From positions 24,244,001 through 24,308,000 of the forward strand of contig CM052817.1 in NCBI GenBank assembly GCA_028534125.1: a stretch of DNA of 64,000 nucleotides, written 5' to 3'. The notes under the pieces were generated by a model. The model was not told where the DNA came from. It did not search any database and saw only the letters and a program-made list of their open reading frames with translations. This DNA is from Lama glama (taxonomy: Eukaryota). Below are positions 12,330 to 25,471 of this stretch, in pieces; within the stretch, counting starts at the first letter, position 1, and every line of letters begins with the position of its first letter. Made by a program: the position numbers and the translations under genes.

Positions 12330-13095
12330 ACCTTTAACAAACACACTAGCCTGCCACAATTCTATAGATGTCAGCAGAAGACACATGATTCCTGAATCAG
12401 AGACAATGGCAGTTCATTATTCATAGCCACTGCTATGTACCTCTTTGCCAAGCCACTATTCCCACAGGGCAACAGAAAGAGGGCAAGGGAATACCTGCAC
12501 AAGAAGAATCCCAAGCTTAGGAAACCTGAATCTTTTACATGGGCAGTAAACCTGCCTGAACTTTTCCCCAGAGGGAGACACTGTCTTTATTATATCTGCT
12601 TTAATATGAATGTTTTTGTCCCTCCAAAATTTGTATGTTGAAATTCTAATGCCAAATATGATGGTATTAGGAGATGAGACCTTTGGGAGGTGTTCAGGTC
12701 ATGAGAGTGAAGCCTTCATGAAAGGGCTTAATGTTCTTATAAGAGACACCACAGAGATCCCTCACCCATTCCATCATGTGAGATACAATGAGAAGTCTGT
12801 AACTGGAAAGACAGCCTTCACCTGATCATGCTGGCACCCCAGCCTCCAGAATTGTGAGAAATAATTGTCTGTATAAGTCACCTCATTTGTGGTATTTCCC
12901 TATGGCAGTCCCAATGGACTAAGACAATTTTGGACAGTAAACAAACCTGAAGTTTGCTGCAGAGAGAAACAGCATCTCTATATTCCAGGACTATTCACTA
13001 GACAAACATCCTTGAAGGGTATTTCAGAGAAAAAGGCAGTGAGTGCCTCTGCTTCTAAGACATGCAGAAATACAAAACTGTTTCCCAGAAGGAAA
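12330..13095 (-). mobile_element. ERV1-class MER-type LTR, interrupted by an MLT1A LTR
   Basis: gagggagacactgtctttatta | tggacagtaaacaaacctg reads as continuous across the insertion; ends agacatgcagaaat...tttcccagaa, like the LTR at 33665-34193. Confidence 0.6.
12597..12926 (+). mobile_element. MLT1A-type MaLR solo LTR
   Basis: TG...CA termini; tgaatgtttttgtccctccaaaatttgtatgttgaaa, ccagcctccagaattgtgagaaataa and ggactaagaca. Confidence 0.9.
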
Positions 13096-13711
13096 CCCTA
13101 GCTCAAAGGATACTATACATGATTTATATGAAGAGGTATAATCAAACCAAAATAATATTGCCAACAAGAAATATTTGAGTTACATATGAAAATTAAAAAC
13201 ACCAAGTATAAAGTGCTCTTTTCAACTCTCAGAGTCACTGGAGGAATCCATCTATGCTTTTGCCCCATTCCAAGACCTCGACAAGATTCTGCCTTAAACT
13301 CATTGCTTCTTTTGTTTAGTGATTTTATGACAAAGTACTGAGAAAATAGACAGCCTGTTATTCAAACACCCAGGGTCTCCACAGAGATAACTTGTTCCCT
13401 ACCTATCTTAGCAACATTATTTCCTTCTTCATCTTTTTTTTTTCCTAAACTGCTAAGAGATATGAAAAAAAAAACTCTACTGCTCTCAAGAACAGAGAAA
13501 TCACTGCAAGATTCCTCCATCCCAAATATTTACTAGTATTTTTCTCTTAGGAAAGCCCATTTGCATGGTTAAGAATGGACACTTCAGGAAAAAATAAATA
13601 AACATCCAGAAAGTAGCAGGATTTCACCAGGGTGTTTGTTTTGCTTTGCTTTGATTGTATTTGCTTAGGCACATATGTTATATATTTCTGATTTCAAGAT
13701 AATAACTGATT

Positions 13712-14235
13712 TTGGCAGAGACTTCATGCCTATCCAACATCTATTTTCCCCCTCTTCTATTATAATATCAGACCTATTCAGACCTTTAAGATAACCAGTC
13801 ACAGGAATACATTACTTGGCTTTTCTTGGAGCTACACATTGCCATGAGGCTAAGGTCTGCCGGGACCTTATGATAATGATAGAAGCAGATGTGCTGGAGG
13901 AAAATTAGGGAAGACTCTGTGAGGGAGCTGATTCTGCATGGAAGTGTGCTCTTTTCACCTTTCCCTCCACTTTATCACTGCTAACGTGGATGTGAGGACT
14001 GGAGCTTTTGCAGCCCTTGCAAAGGACTGTGGACCAAGTTAGAAGTAGCCTGGGTCCCTAATGACTTTCTGAAACCATTTTACCAGCTTTATACTCTCTA
14101 TCTCCAAATTCCTATTATATGAGACCATAAACAAACAAACAAACAAAACTTCCTAATGTATTTAAGTCACTATGTTTTTTGTTTGTTTTTGGAGGGGGGT
14201 ATATGTTTCATTCTTTGCAGCCCTAAATAACTGCA
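13712..14235 (+). mobile_element. MLT1J-like MaLR LTR
   Basis: gggagctgattc, gtggatgtgaggactggagc, agcctgggtccctaatgac and tttaagtcactatg. Confidence 0.7.
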
Positions 14236-14731
14236 AACTATGTAATAATCCTTACAGAAAATCTGGAGAATATATTAAAAAATATAAGAAAAGCAAAACC
14301 ACCTGTATTTTTGACTCAGTGGCAAAATTTATTCAGATTATCAATGTGTTATAAATGAATGAATCAAAACATCTCTAGGAACATCTATGAGGAAACAAGC
14401 ACTTTATATTTAGAACTTTATTTTAATATTTATTTTTAACTTACTTTCTAAGCAGATCCTATTCTTGGCTTTAGAAATCAAGGATCTAATTTCTACTCTG
14501 GAGGTCCTCAAAAAGGTCCATGAGCTAAAAATACCATCACATGAGATTTTTGCTAGGCCTCAGGGTTTCGTGGTGTGTCTAATGCCCTACATTCATAGAT
14601 ATTTTATTAGGAATATAATGCAAGCCCATGATACATTCAAATGATACAAAGTGTACAAAATGAAAAGGAAATGTCTTCATTAAATCCCCTTCCCTTCCTA
14701 TCAAAATCTAAATGGTAAACAAGTTTTATGC

Positions 14732-15238
14732 TGTCGAGTAAAAAATGCAAAACCTAAAAGCTGAGAGTTACGTTTTATTTGGTGGACATTTTTGAGGACT
14801 TAAGCCTGGGATACAGCCTCTCAGGTAGCTCTAAGAGACTGCTCTGAAGAAATAGGGGAGATGCCAGGATAAACAAGAGTTTCGGCAACAAAGACCAGGT
14901 AGTTGGAAAATTAAAAGATTACTGTTAACTAAAGAAAGCCAGATATCTCAAGTTAAGGAATTTAGTACTTTTCTATGTACCACAGAATGCAAAAGTCTGG
15001 GTTCATAGAAATTACTCCTTTGATGTGTACCTAGCTATCTAGGGCCAGTATCCTGTTCTTTCCCATCCTGAGTTAACCTCAGGGTGCACTGTTGGGTGTG
15101 GCAGGAGAAGCCAGGCTATCTGCTTGTCTGCATCCTGAGTTACCTCTGGCTCAGTCAGGAGCAGCGGTAGTGGCTGATGACTTGATGGCTGTAGCATCCT
15201 TTGTTTACTGATATGGCAGGCAATATTTTTCATTCACA
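14732..15238 (-). mobile_element. MER41-like ERV1 solo LTR of laurasiatherian type
   Basis: TG...CA ends; aacctaaaagctgagagttacgttttatttggtggac, ctctcaggtagctctaagagactgctctgaaga and catcctttgtttactgatatggcaggcaatattt; minus-strand AATAAA at 14774-14779. Confidence 0.8.
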
Positions 15239-15624
15239 TGTATTGTTCCTAAAAATTGTCATGTCTCTAAGACATATATATACACACAATAGACACTTAT
15301 TTTATGCAAGGCACTATTTTTAAATCCTAGGATTCACCAGTGAATAAGGCAAATACTTAGGCCTCCTGCAATTTTCATGGGAAAATACTCTTCATGAAAA
15401 GAATAAATAAAGAAATAAGCAAATAAATGGATGTGTGTGTGATGGAGTGTGATATGTATGTTGTATCAGTTGATTTTTTTATTTAACAATATATCTTGGA
15501 GATATTTTCATTTGCATATTCATTTCAAACATACAGCAGGTTTTCATTTCACAGTAAAGGACCAACGTTGCAGACATTTCGGAACTTAATGAATGTCATG
15601 AGGTATAAGTTTATGAAAAAAAAT

Positions 15625-15740
15625 TGTATCATCAACTCTAATTTCCTTATTTTAGAAATGGAGATACTGAAACATAGATGTGTTCAATGACGTAGCTAAG
15701 GACATACAGGTGGAATATGGAGGATGAGTCTCAGTTGTGG
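15625..15740 (-). mobile_element. MIR/MIR3 fragment
   Basis: ttattttagaaatggagatactgaaacataga..aatgacgtagctaaggacatacag. Confidence 0.6.
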
Positions 15741-17952
15741 GCCTTGGTATTATTTCACACATTATTAATACAGTTCAAAACTAAAAATTAAAACTCAGAT
15801 CCCTCAATTCCAAAATACTATACTTCCTCTTTAAGTAATTAAGTAATACAGTTCATCATCATTTGGGGTGAAAATGATTGTTTCTCAGAGCAATGTTTGG
15901 CATAGTCTCTATTCAAATGTCAGTGCACTTGATAGCTAAGTTATAAAATTAATTGCTAGCTCAAGAACAGATCCCAGGAATGGACAGGATGCAAAAATTC
16001 TATTGACAATGCTGTACAGTTTAAAATATTTATATACATGTATGTATTGTATACATACATATATGTGTGCATCTGTGTATGTTTATATAAATATGTTATA
16101 TGTATATGCACAATAGGTAATTCAATTTAAGAAGAACTGTGACCACATTTTAGTTACAGTAGCTACTTGCCTGGATTGATGTCGTGGCCATGGTAATTAT
16201 TCTTCCAGATGGGCTGGCTGAAACTTCAATCTCATTCTGGTTAAAATAAATAATGTTTTAGTCAATGACCTAAATTATTAACTATTAGGTCTAGATGTTT
16301 TATAAACATTCAAGAATGTTCAGTTGCCTTGAGAAGGGACCACAGTACTTTCAAATTCATAACTTTACTAAGTGAATAATTTGACATTTGTTTTGAAAAC
16401 ATAAGGAAATAAAGAAGTGATAAGATGTGACAAATATAAGAAATATAAAAGTGTAAAAAAATCTTTACACTATACATTAATCCTCCCATAAAAGATTTCA
16501 TTAAATTAGGTGTCTGTGTTAAAATAAACATATGAAAGACCTAGAGATTGTTGAGGAAACAGAGACCAAGATTTTAAAAGAATAGCAACTTAAAAACCTG
16601 GAAAATGTATTTGAAAATTTAAAATGAACCCTAGAGTGATGACATTTTTTTCTCCTGCTCTTCAAATAAATGAATGGGAGAGAGAAACTGTTTTAGCTTC
16701 TAGTGCACAAAAAGAGAGTAGGAACAAGTTGAATTTTGATCAAACATGAGTGGCTTCACCAGCAGCATAATTAACATTTCACCTCATTTTGGGAGCCCTG
16801 AGGACATGACAGTTAAAGGTAAACATCTACCTGGGTGATTTAGGTGCTCACCTAATTTGAGGCTAAATAATCTAGCCATCTGAGTTCACCCAGCTTCATC
16901 ATTCCCTCATCTTTTATCCTGTTAAACACACTTCCTCTCCAGACATTTTGTCCATCAATTTATGGTGGTAATCTCAGAAATGAAATTGCATGCCATAAAT
17001 AGTTTCAAAATACAAACTGCTATTCGGAACAAAATTTAAACACGGTAGGTGTTTGTGATTTAAATTACCTGCAACAAAGGCAGCTTGTGTTGCAGCTTCT
17101 TTCAGCCATCCAAAATGAAGAGAAACTGCTATTTCTTTTCAAGCCTTTACTATCTAAACGTTTTCACTCACAGTAATGATTAAAATAAAGACTAAGATTG
17201 AATTGAGTGGCAAAATCACAAGTTGAAGTGTTAAGATCATTTTCCAAGATAAAAGATTTCTCCATGATGATGGAGTTTTTTTTTGTTGTTGTCACTGAAA
17301 AGCTGAAAATGTTTAAATAAATTGGATAAAGAGAAAGTACAATTTAGAAGAGAAATGTAAGCACAATTTTTAAAAAAAAGCAGAAATCAGAGAATAAAAT
17401 GGATCACAGATGCATAACAAGGGAAAATAATTTTTCACATAAAAGAACTTGGAAATTGGGTCTTCATAAATATGAACAAAAAGGATAACGCTAATGTTCT
17501 ATATTCTGTATAAATCAGTTTCTAGATCCTTTCCATTTAAATAAAAACTGTAAATAATAAATGTATACAGATTTATTTATTTTAAAAAGTGTGTTGAGTG
17601 CACCAGTTCTAGTCCCTGTTTTTATTACTGTGGAGGATTCACAGATCAAACTAATACTGTGTTTATTATGCAAAAGTTTGGATGTGGTTAAGATCATAGT
17701 AAAAAGTCATCAGAGGAACAAATGTGAGAAGAAAAAAAGGTAAGGAAGCTAGTGAATGGGTGGTACCTTTTTCGGAATTTGCTTCTTTACTTACCAGTAA
17801 GCCCTTCTCCTCTTACTCCAACCCCCAGGTTAAAATATAAATGTAAATGCTATCTTCCTGTTCTCAAGAAGTTCAAGGAAATAGATCATATCTGTAAGCA
17901 AGTAAAGTTCTACTTATATTTAGAATATTTCAGTCTAACCAAAAAAAAAAAA

Positions 17953-18452
17953 NNNNNNNNNNNNNNNNNNNNNNNNNNNNNNNNNNNNNNNNNNNNNNNN
18001 NNNNNNNNNNNNNNNNNNNNNNNNNNNNNNNNNNNNNNNNNNNNNNNNNNNNNNNNNNNNNNNNNNNNNNNNNNNNNNNNNNNNNNNNNNNNNNNNNNNN
18101 NNNNNNNNNNNNNNNNNNNNNNNNNNNNNNNNNNNNNNNNNNNNNNNNNNNNNNNNNNNNNNNNNNNNNNNNNNNNNNNNNNNNNNNNNNNNNNNNNNNN
18201 NNNNNNNNNNNNNNNNNNNNNNNNNNNNNNNNNNNNNNNNNNNNNNNNNNNNNNNNNNNNNNNNNNNNNNNNNNNNNNNNNNNNNNNNNNNNNNNNNNNN
18301 NNNNNNNNNNNNNNNNNNNNNNNNNNNNNNNNNNNNNNNNNNNNNNNNNNNNNNNNNNNNNNNNNNNNNNNNNNNNNNNNNNNNNNNNNNNNNNNNNNNN
18401 NNNNNNNNNNNNNNNNNNNNNNNNNNNNNNNNNNNNNNNNNNNNNNNNNNNN
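17953..18452. other. Assembly gap (500 N)
   Basis: Run of N. Confidence 1.
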
Positions 18453-18469
18453 ATAATCCACCAAGATAC

Positions 18470-18720
18470 TGAATTACAGGTAAAATAGGAAGTCGATGGA
18501 TGACTTCGAACAACAGAGTGATATAATTTAACTTATACTTTTACAAGATCACTCCAATTATAATCACTCTAATTATAAATGTGGCTAGCAGGTAGGGAGA
18601 TAGGTATACTGGTCTGAAGCTCAAAAAGAGGGCAATTTGGCAACAAAATCTAGAATTTGATGCCCTATGGAAAGTAATTAAAGTAAATGGATATGGATGA
18701 GCTTACTATAGAAGGAGAAA
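18470..18720 (-). mobile_element. L2 fragment
   Basis: cagagtgatataatttaacttatacttttacaagatcactc...ggtctgaagctcaaaaagaggg. Confidence 0.6.
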
Positions 18721-19744
18721 AATCCAGATATTTTCCAAACAAAAAGTGACTCAAATAATACCGTTTTTTATTTAACTCTTGTTTTCTATACAGCTTAAAG
18801 GCCAATGAAATATCTTCAACTTTCAGACCAATAATCATTATTATACTATACATTCAGAAAAGGGAGGGGAAGGAGAGCGTGTGGACCTGGCAATGTGTTT
18901 TCCTTTTACCATCTGGAAAGCACTGACACAGTGTGAGTGGCTTTATTGTACCTACTTCTTGGACTAATTTTGGAAAGAGCACAAATAACCTACATTTTTA
19001 TTTCCAGAACATTTCTTTTTATGTGTGAAAAGATTTAAGTATATTGGATGAGTCAAAGGATACGTTTCTGTGAGTCACTGAAAAGTAAAGAATAGAAATG
19101 CCAATTTCAATCGCTAGTAACTGACAGTTTTGATAAACATTTATAAAACAAGACTATCTGTACCATAACATGCAGCAATATGAAACTGCAATGTAGAGTT
19201 CTCCCTTCACCAAAAGTTCCTGAATACAAGAGCTGAAATGACTGATAAAGAAGGGTCATCCGTAAGGCATCACAAGTGGGAAGGAAAAAGCACCAGAGCC
19301 AAGTTATTCTAAGTCAGTTATATTTTCCAGAGGAAGCATTTGCTTGCAAGTAAAAATCTGGTTTCAATGACCATTAAGGCTAATTTACACATTCCCATTA
19401 ATTGTCATTTGGTAATACAATAAAGAGAAGGTATGAACAGATATGAAGTGGTCTTTGCCTTCTATAGTTACCAGGGAAGACCAGAGTAAGAGAATGACCC
19501 AGACAGTAGGCACTCTATGTATAAAGCTCCACTTGGCAGAATCTTCAAAATCAGCTAAATACAGATATTAATTTCATTTCTTACCCAAAGTTATATATCT
19601 GACATAACTGTTTCACCACTGGTATGCCTTAGTTGGCATGCCCATTCAAGACTGAGTAATAAGAGCTCTACCCCTAAAGCAATTTTTCCCCCAAAAATGC
19701 TAATTAGTGTATTGATAGCAAGCATTCTTAAGTTGGTCTTCATT

Positions 19745-20480
19745 CTTTTAAATTGAGGTATGATTGACACATAACATTATATATCTTCAGGTGTAAAAAT
19801 AATGATTTGATATCTGTATGTATTGTAAAATGATCACCACAATAAGTCTAGTGAACATCTGTCACCATACATAGTTAATTTTTTTTTCTTGTGATGAAAA
19901 CTTTTAAGATCAACTCTCTTATCAACTTTCAAATATGCAAATAATACTATTAGCTATAGTCACCATGCTGTGCATTATATCTCCATGACCTATTTATTTT
20001 ATAATTGGAATTTTAAAACTTTTGACCCTTTTCATCCATTTTGCTCACCCTCCCACACCCACCTTTGGCAACCACCAACCTCACCAATCTGCTTTCTGTA
20101 TCTATGAGCTCATCTGTTTGTTTGTTTTTATGTATAAGTGAAATCATATGGTATTTGTCTTTCTCTGACTTTAGTCACTTAGCATAATGCCCTCAAGGTC
20201 CAACCATATTGTTGCAAATGGCAAGATTTCCTTCTTTTTAATGGCTGAATATTCCACTGTACTTCTATACCATAATTTCTTTATCCATTCATCCTTTTAT
20301 GGGAGGTTGTTTCCATGTCTTGGCTACTGTAAATAATGCTGCAGTGAACACGAGGGTTCATATATCTTTTGGAGTTAGTGTTTTTGGGTTTTTTTTTTTT
20401 TGATAAATACCCAGGAGTAGAATTGCTGTATCATATGATAGTTCTATTTTTAATTTCGGGGAGAACTTCCATACATTTTT
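19745..20480 (-). mobile_element. LINE-1 3' UTR fragment (L1MA9-like), 5' truncated
   Basis: ttaaattgaggtatgattgacac...aatgatcaccacaataagtctagt...tttggcaaccacc...cttagcataatgccctcaaggtcc...gaacttccatac. Confidence 0.9.
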
Positions 20481-21282
20481 GTAAAGCAATTTGTTTTAAA
20501 GCAACAGGGAAGTTGTATGGAAACAAAAGATTTCCAAAATTCTACTATTCTAGTTGCCACAGAATATTATAAATATGTGCATTTGTAGGGCTCAAATAGA
20601 CTTCAAATCTTTTTTACATCACAAAGATTCTTTGAGAATCTTGTAACAGCTACATACCTCTCATTCAGGAAATAAAAGGTCACATATAGTGACATAATTT
20701 TTAGTTCCTTTTTTGTCTCCTGAACTCAACTGTGTATCAGAAATTTATGGTTTAGAGATTTATCTTTCCAAATCTAGGAGTCGTACTCATCATTCCTTCC
20801 ACTCTTGGTCCACTACTATAGCCTACCATTATTCTTATCTTCATTCTATTTTTATAAGCATGCATTCATTCTGTAATTTTTACTGACAGAAGGATTTGCT
20901 GACTCTGCAGTGTGCTCCATAATCAAATTCACATAGAACTTGTCATCTGGTTTAACATTCCCTCCTTAATAATGTAACCACAGCCTTCCTGATACCCTCT
21001 CAATTGGAGATGTATATTTCCAAAAGCTTTATCTTCTCTACTCTTCAGAATTATGTAGTTCCATTTCCATAATGTGACACTCAACACAGGACATTACTTG
21101 ATCTGGGTTTTCACCATACTAATTTTAAAAACTGTAGAGTCAGCACTTTTGTTTTATAAGTTGTATTTCTAATAATATATCCATATCTGGCATGGTCCCA
21201 GTTTTACTGTAACTAGACCAAAGACAGACAGACAGGAAGAAACTAGTGGACAGTTGTCACTATTTTAATATATTTTCTCTTT

Positions 21283-21365
21283 TATAATATGTAAAAATAT
21301 CAAATCACTATATTATACACCCAAAACTAATATAATATTTTACATCAATTATACTTCAATAAAGT
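21283..21365 (+). mobile_element. Very short L1 3' terminal stub
   Basis: atcaaatcactatattatacacccaaaactaatataatat...tcaattatacttcaataaa; flanked by imperfect tat(a/g)ttttctct direct repeats. Confidence 0.75.
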
Positions 21366-22807
21366 ATGTTTTTCTCTCAATGCAAAAAAGAGACAGCTTT
21401 TTCAAAACCAATGAGATTCAGAATGGGCTCAAATGACAAAAAAAATCATTAGAGATTTTCTTCTAACCTACTTTATAGCCTCTCTCATCATTCCTACTGG
21501 TTTGCCTACACATTAATTATTTTTAAGCTTATTCTATTCTGGAAAGTTAGTGACTGTGAACAAATGCAAGAGTTTTTCCTAATCACTTAGCATGTGGTTA
21601 GAATTGTTAGAAAAAAAAGTAACAAAATTTTATTTCATGCACATAATATATGAGCCCAAATCCAAAATTTTATACTTATACACTTATCCCAAATCTAAGC
21701 CATCATCATTGGAGCCTGAAGATTTTTACCTATAGGGACTTCATGAGGTCTTTCTTCTTTCCTGGACTTTAAGATTATTTTGCCTTGAGTAGGAGGAAAA
21801 TAGAATGATTATAAAATAAATTGACAATAAAGAAACCAAGAGTCAACAGCTTCAAAGGAAAAAATATGCAAAAAAAAAAAAAATCCAGTAGGAGAGGGGC
21901 CTGGGAGAATTCCAAGAATACAAAGGACAGTAATTAAATTGTTTTAGTTGCTTCCAGACAAAGAGCTTTAGCCTTAGTTTGGATTAGTCAGCACCACAGA
22001 AGGGAATGGCAGACAACAGCCACCAATGAGAAGCACAGGGTGGAATTAAATAGTGAAAAGGCCAAGCAATTATCCCTATGTCCTGTTGTGGAAGGGCAGA
22101 CCTTTACTGTGGAGCATGGATGCTCTTGTCTCTAAGGGCTTCCTTTTCTTATGGAGCAAGCAAATATATTTGCTACAGCAAGGAAAAGATCCAGCTTCTT
22201 GAAAAATACAATGTTATTTTGGTGTGCTTAAAGACATCATTTCCGCAGGATACATTTGACATCTTTAATATCTCATCTAACTTTTATTTAATACAGGGCT
22301 GGAGCTACAAGGATATTCAATAGGAAGCAAATTCTATAGTAGAAAAAAATGGAGCATGAGAAGTCCTGGATGCTCAAAATTACTTTCCTCTTCCTTTTTC
22401 AATGTCTAATGTTTCACAGTGAATCATCTCCTGGGTTAAATGCATTGTCTCTGAATGTCCTCTTTACAGTGCAGATTCTGTTGCTTTTTTAAAAATCAGG
22501 AAATGCATTAACCAATTAGTAATCACTAATTGGCCTGGATTTGGGTATAAGCAATTTGATCTATAATAGGTATGTTAGGTTTTTTCACTGGGAGCAAATT
22601 TGGAAACTTAAACATGGAGATACCCAGAAACAACTGACATAATTGTACTGCTAAAAATAGCTTGCTATAATCCAGAAGAGGAAAACTAAACTCTCAGTTT
22701 GGGTTAGCACCCTAAGGAGAACTTGGAATGTGGAAAACTAAGTGAGGAGAACACTGAAAGCAATATCCAGTCTCAGTGTTGCTAAATTTTGTGTGCATAC
22801 AAAAATG

Positions 22808-22925
22808 AGGTTTACCTAGGACATTCCAGGTTTACTCCTGTTTTAATTATAATTATTATTGCTATTAACTACCTTTTTACTCTTAGAAGGGTCCTAATTT
22901 GGTCTATAAATTTTATGGTCACACT
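22808..22925. mobile_element. MER81-like hAT-Blackjack DNA transposon
   Basis: ggacattccaggtttactcctgtt...tttactcttagaagggtcctaatttggtctataaattttatggtcacacta, ending in a TIR-like atggtcacacta. Confidence 0.7.
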
Positions 22926-23239
22926 ATCAAAAGCCATCCTTTCTAGGTATCTCTTTTCAATAGAAGAGAAAAGTTTTGGAGGGGAAATGTTTTACATGTG
23001 GATATGAAAGTAAATAGTGATATTGTTGAAGACATTAGATGCCATGCTAGGGCATTAGGAAGTTAGTCTTTACAGCCAGTCTGTGGTTCAGAGGGAAATT
23101 TGTTTTTCTCGGTGTCTGCTCTGTAAATGCAAGAACTTCCCTTCTGCTCATGAGTTCACTTTCTCACTTAAAGGAGCATGTGTGTTTGGTCATACCACAC
23201 TGCTCTCTTTTTTCTATGCTAGCCATGCCATCTCCATTG

Positions 23240-24190
23240 CTGGTTTATCATCCTCAAACCAATCTTTTAATGCTCTGGTTCCTTAAGTACTGATGTCTAC
23301 CACATTTAAATCTCCAGTCCAGTCTTCTCCTTTGAGTTCCCAACAGATACACAGTTATTTGACTTTTATATTTAAGTGCTCAGAGACATCTTAAAATGGA
23401 ACTTTTTACCTCTGCCCATAATAATTTCCATTTCAGTAAATGGCTCAAGTCAGAAACCAATGAGGCACAGCCTCATTTTCTCTCACTCATCCTTAATAAA
23501 CAATCCATTAAAGGAGTCTGATCAGATCTACTTAGAAAGCATACCTACAACCCACTGAGTCTTTCCTATTCCATTTTATTCATTTTATTCTGGTCACCAT
23601 CCCACTTCACCTGACCTACCACAACAGCCTTCTAACTGGTCTCCCTACTTCCACTCTTGGCCCTCCAACACACTCTCCACATCTTGGCCAGAGATATCTT
23701 AATATACAAACCAACCACGTCACTGACCCTTTAAAGGCTGTCTATTGCATATTGAATAATATTCCTTATTATGGCTTGTAAGGTTGTGTTTGACCTGGCC
23801 CCCAGCTATCACCTCGACCCTATCTTATAACACCCTTCTCCTTGGGCCTCATTCATCATCCTCCTTGCTCTTCCTTGGAGACACCACAGTTTCTCACTTT
23901 AGGTCCTTTGAACACACTTCTCTTTCTACTGAAATGCCACTCTTTACATGCATAAAACATTCCTTTCTCCCACTTTAGGCTTTGGCTTAACTTTCACCTT
24001 TTCAGGGACTACTTCTTTGCCAGTCTTAGTCCCTTCTTTCTATAACAAATTGCAATTTTTAATCATCTCATATATAACTACTTTCACTAATTTACTGATT
24101 TTTCAAATATAAGCTCCAGGATAGCAGTGGCCATTTCTGTGCTTATTATCTGATGACTCCAGGGCCTGTAACCCAAGTAAATACTAAAGT
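23240..24190 (+). mobile_element. L2 LINE (L2a-like) 3' region
   Basis: aaatctccagtccag..ctcctttgagttcc, ccatttcagtaaatggc, acagccttctaactggtctccctacttccactcttg and taagctccaggatagcag. Confidence 0.85.
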
Positions 24191-24980
24191 TTGTTTTCCA
24201 AAGCAGTCTGCTCTAGAAATGATTTAAAAGAAAAAAAAAGAACGTAGAGAGACATATTTTCTCTACAGATCACTAAAACACGTCTCTTTAGGTCTGCTTA
24301 TGGGATCTACAAGCTAGTTACTAATACACAAGAAATTAATCCCAGTGTTAACTATGCAGTGCCCACTTTACTAACTTAAAGCAGATATCTGTGCTTTATT
24401 TGACGGGCACCCTTACCATTTAAATGCTCAATCCCACACTTCAAGTCTAGCATCCAATTAAACTGCATGGGGGAAGTTCACACCTTGGTATCTGCCTACA
24501 TAGCTATCTATTTATGTAGCAAAAGCTGTCAACATGACAAGAAGAGATAGAATTTTTTCCCCTGTTCAGGAAGTACACTAACAATATTAACAACAGAATT
24601 TAGAGCAAATTGAATCCATGTACTTCTACCCATCTCAAGGAACATGAAGATGAGTAAGTATACTTTTAAGTTGCTCCAAGTGTAACTACAGGTGGACTCC
24701 CTGGTTTCTAATTTTCTAACTTTCTACTTCATAGTTCCTTGTACCTTTCTGTTCTTCTTCCCTATCCACCACTAGGGTTGCATACATTTATGACACAGTG
24801 ATCACAATGAAGATTTAGGTGGCCAAAATGCAATCTCTCTCTCTCTCCAAATGCATGCCCACATACATGTATACATTTATTTAGCCATTTAGAGTTGGTC
24901 ATATATATTACAGGCCTTTACTCTTCTGTACTTAATATGTATAGTACACTTTTGAATGAATGAATCAAAATATAAAACAT

Positions 24981-25012
24981 TAAGCATTAGCTAAGCATTA
25001 GCTAAGCATTAG
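24981..25012. repeat. 11-bp tandem repeat (taagcattagc) x 3
   Basis: Read directly from the sequence. Confidence 0.9.
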
Positions 25013-25092
25013 GGTGGCTGGGTGGCCCAATTAGGACATTGTCCAGAATATGAGTAAACTGGAGCATAGTGAAAGAATTTAACCAATCATGG

Positions 25093-25471
25093 TGTCAGGT
25101 AGCTCTTTTTGGTGACAAATCATCCCCAAACTCAGTGGCATACAATAACAAACACTTATTCTCATACTCATAGGTCTGTGGCTCTATTCCATGTATATTC
25201 ATCCTGGACCCAGGCTGAAGGGACAATAGCCACTTGGGCCATGTTCTTCTCATTGGAAAGTTCTGGAACTTCAGGAGGGACAATCAGAAACATCCAGTTC
25301 TTCCTAAAGTATATGCCTACAACTGGCCCACTGCCACCTCTGCTCACATTCTTTTGACCAAGTTAAGTTATAATGCCAAATCCAGTAGCAGCAGGGCAGA
25401 TAAATATACTTTTCTGAAGAAAGAGAGATGGAAAACAAGTGAATATTTGCTAAATAATCTACTCTACTACA
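25093..25471 (-). mobile_element. MLT1 (I/J-type) MaLR LTR
   Basis: gtgacaaatcatccccaaactcagtggcatacaataacaaacac, ggacccaggctgaagggac and gtgaatatttgctaaataatctactctactaca. Confidence 0.8.

Noticed and set aside
17752..18513. Long ORFs here and at 45845-46882 and 62512-63265
   Set aside because: Artefacts of translating through 500-N gaps.
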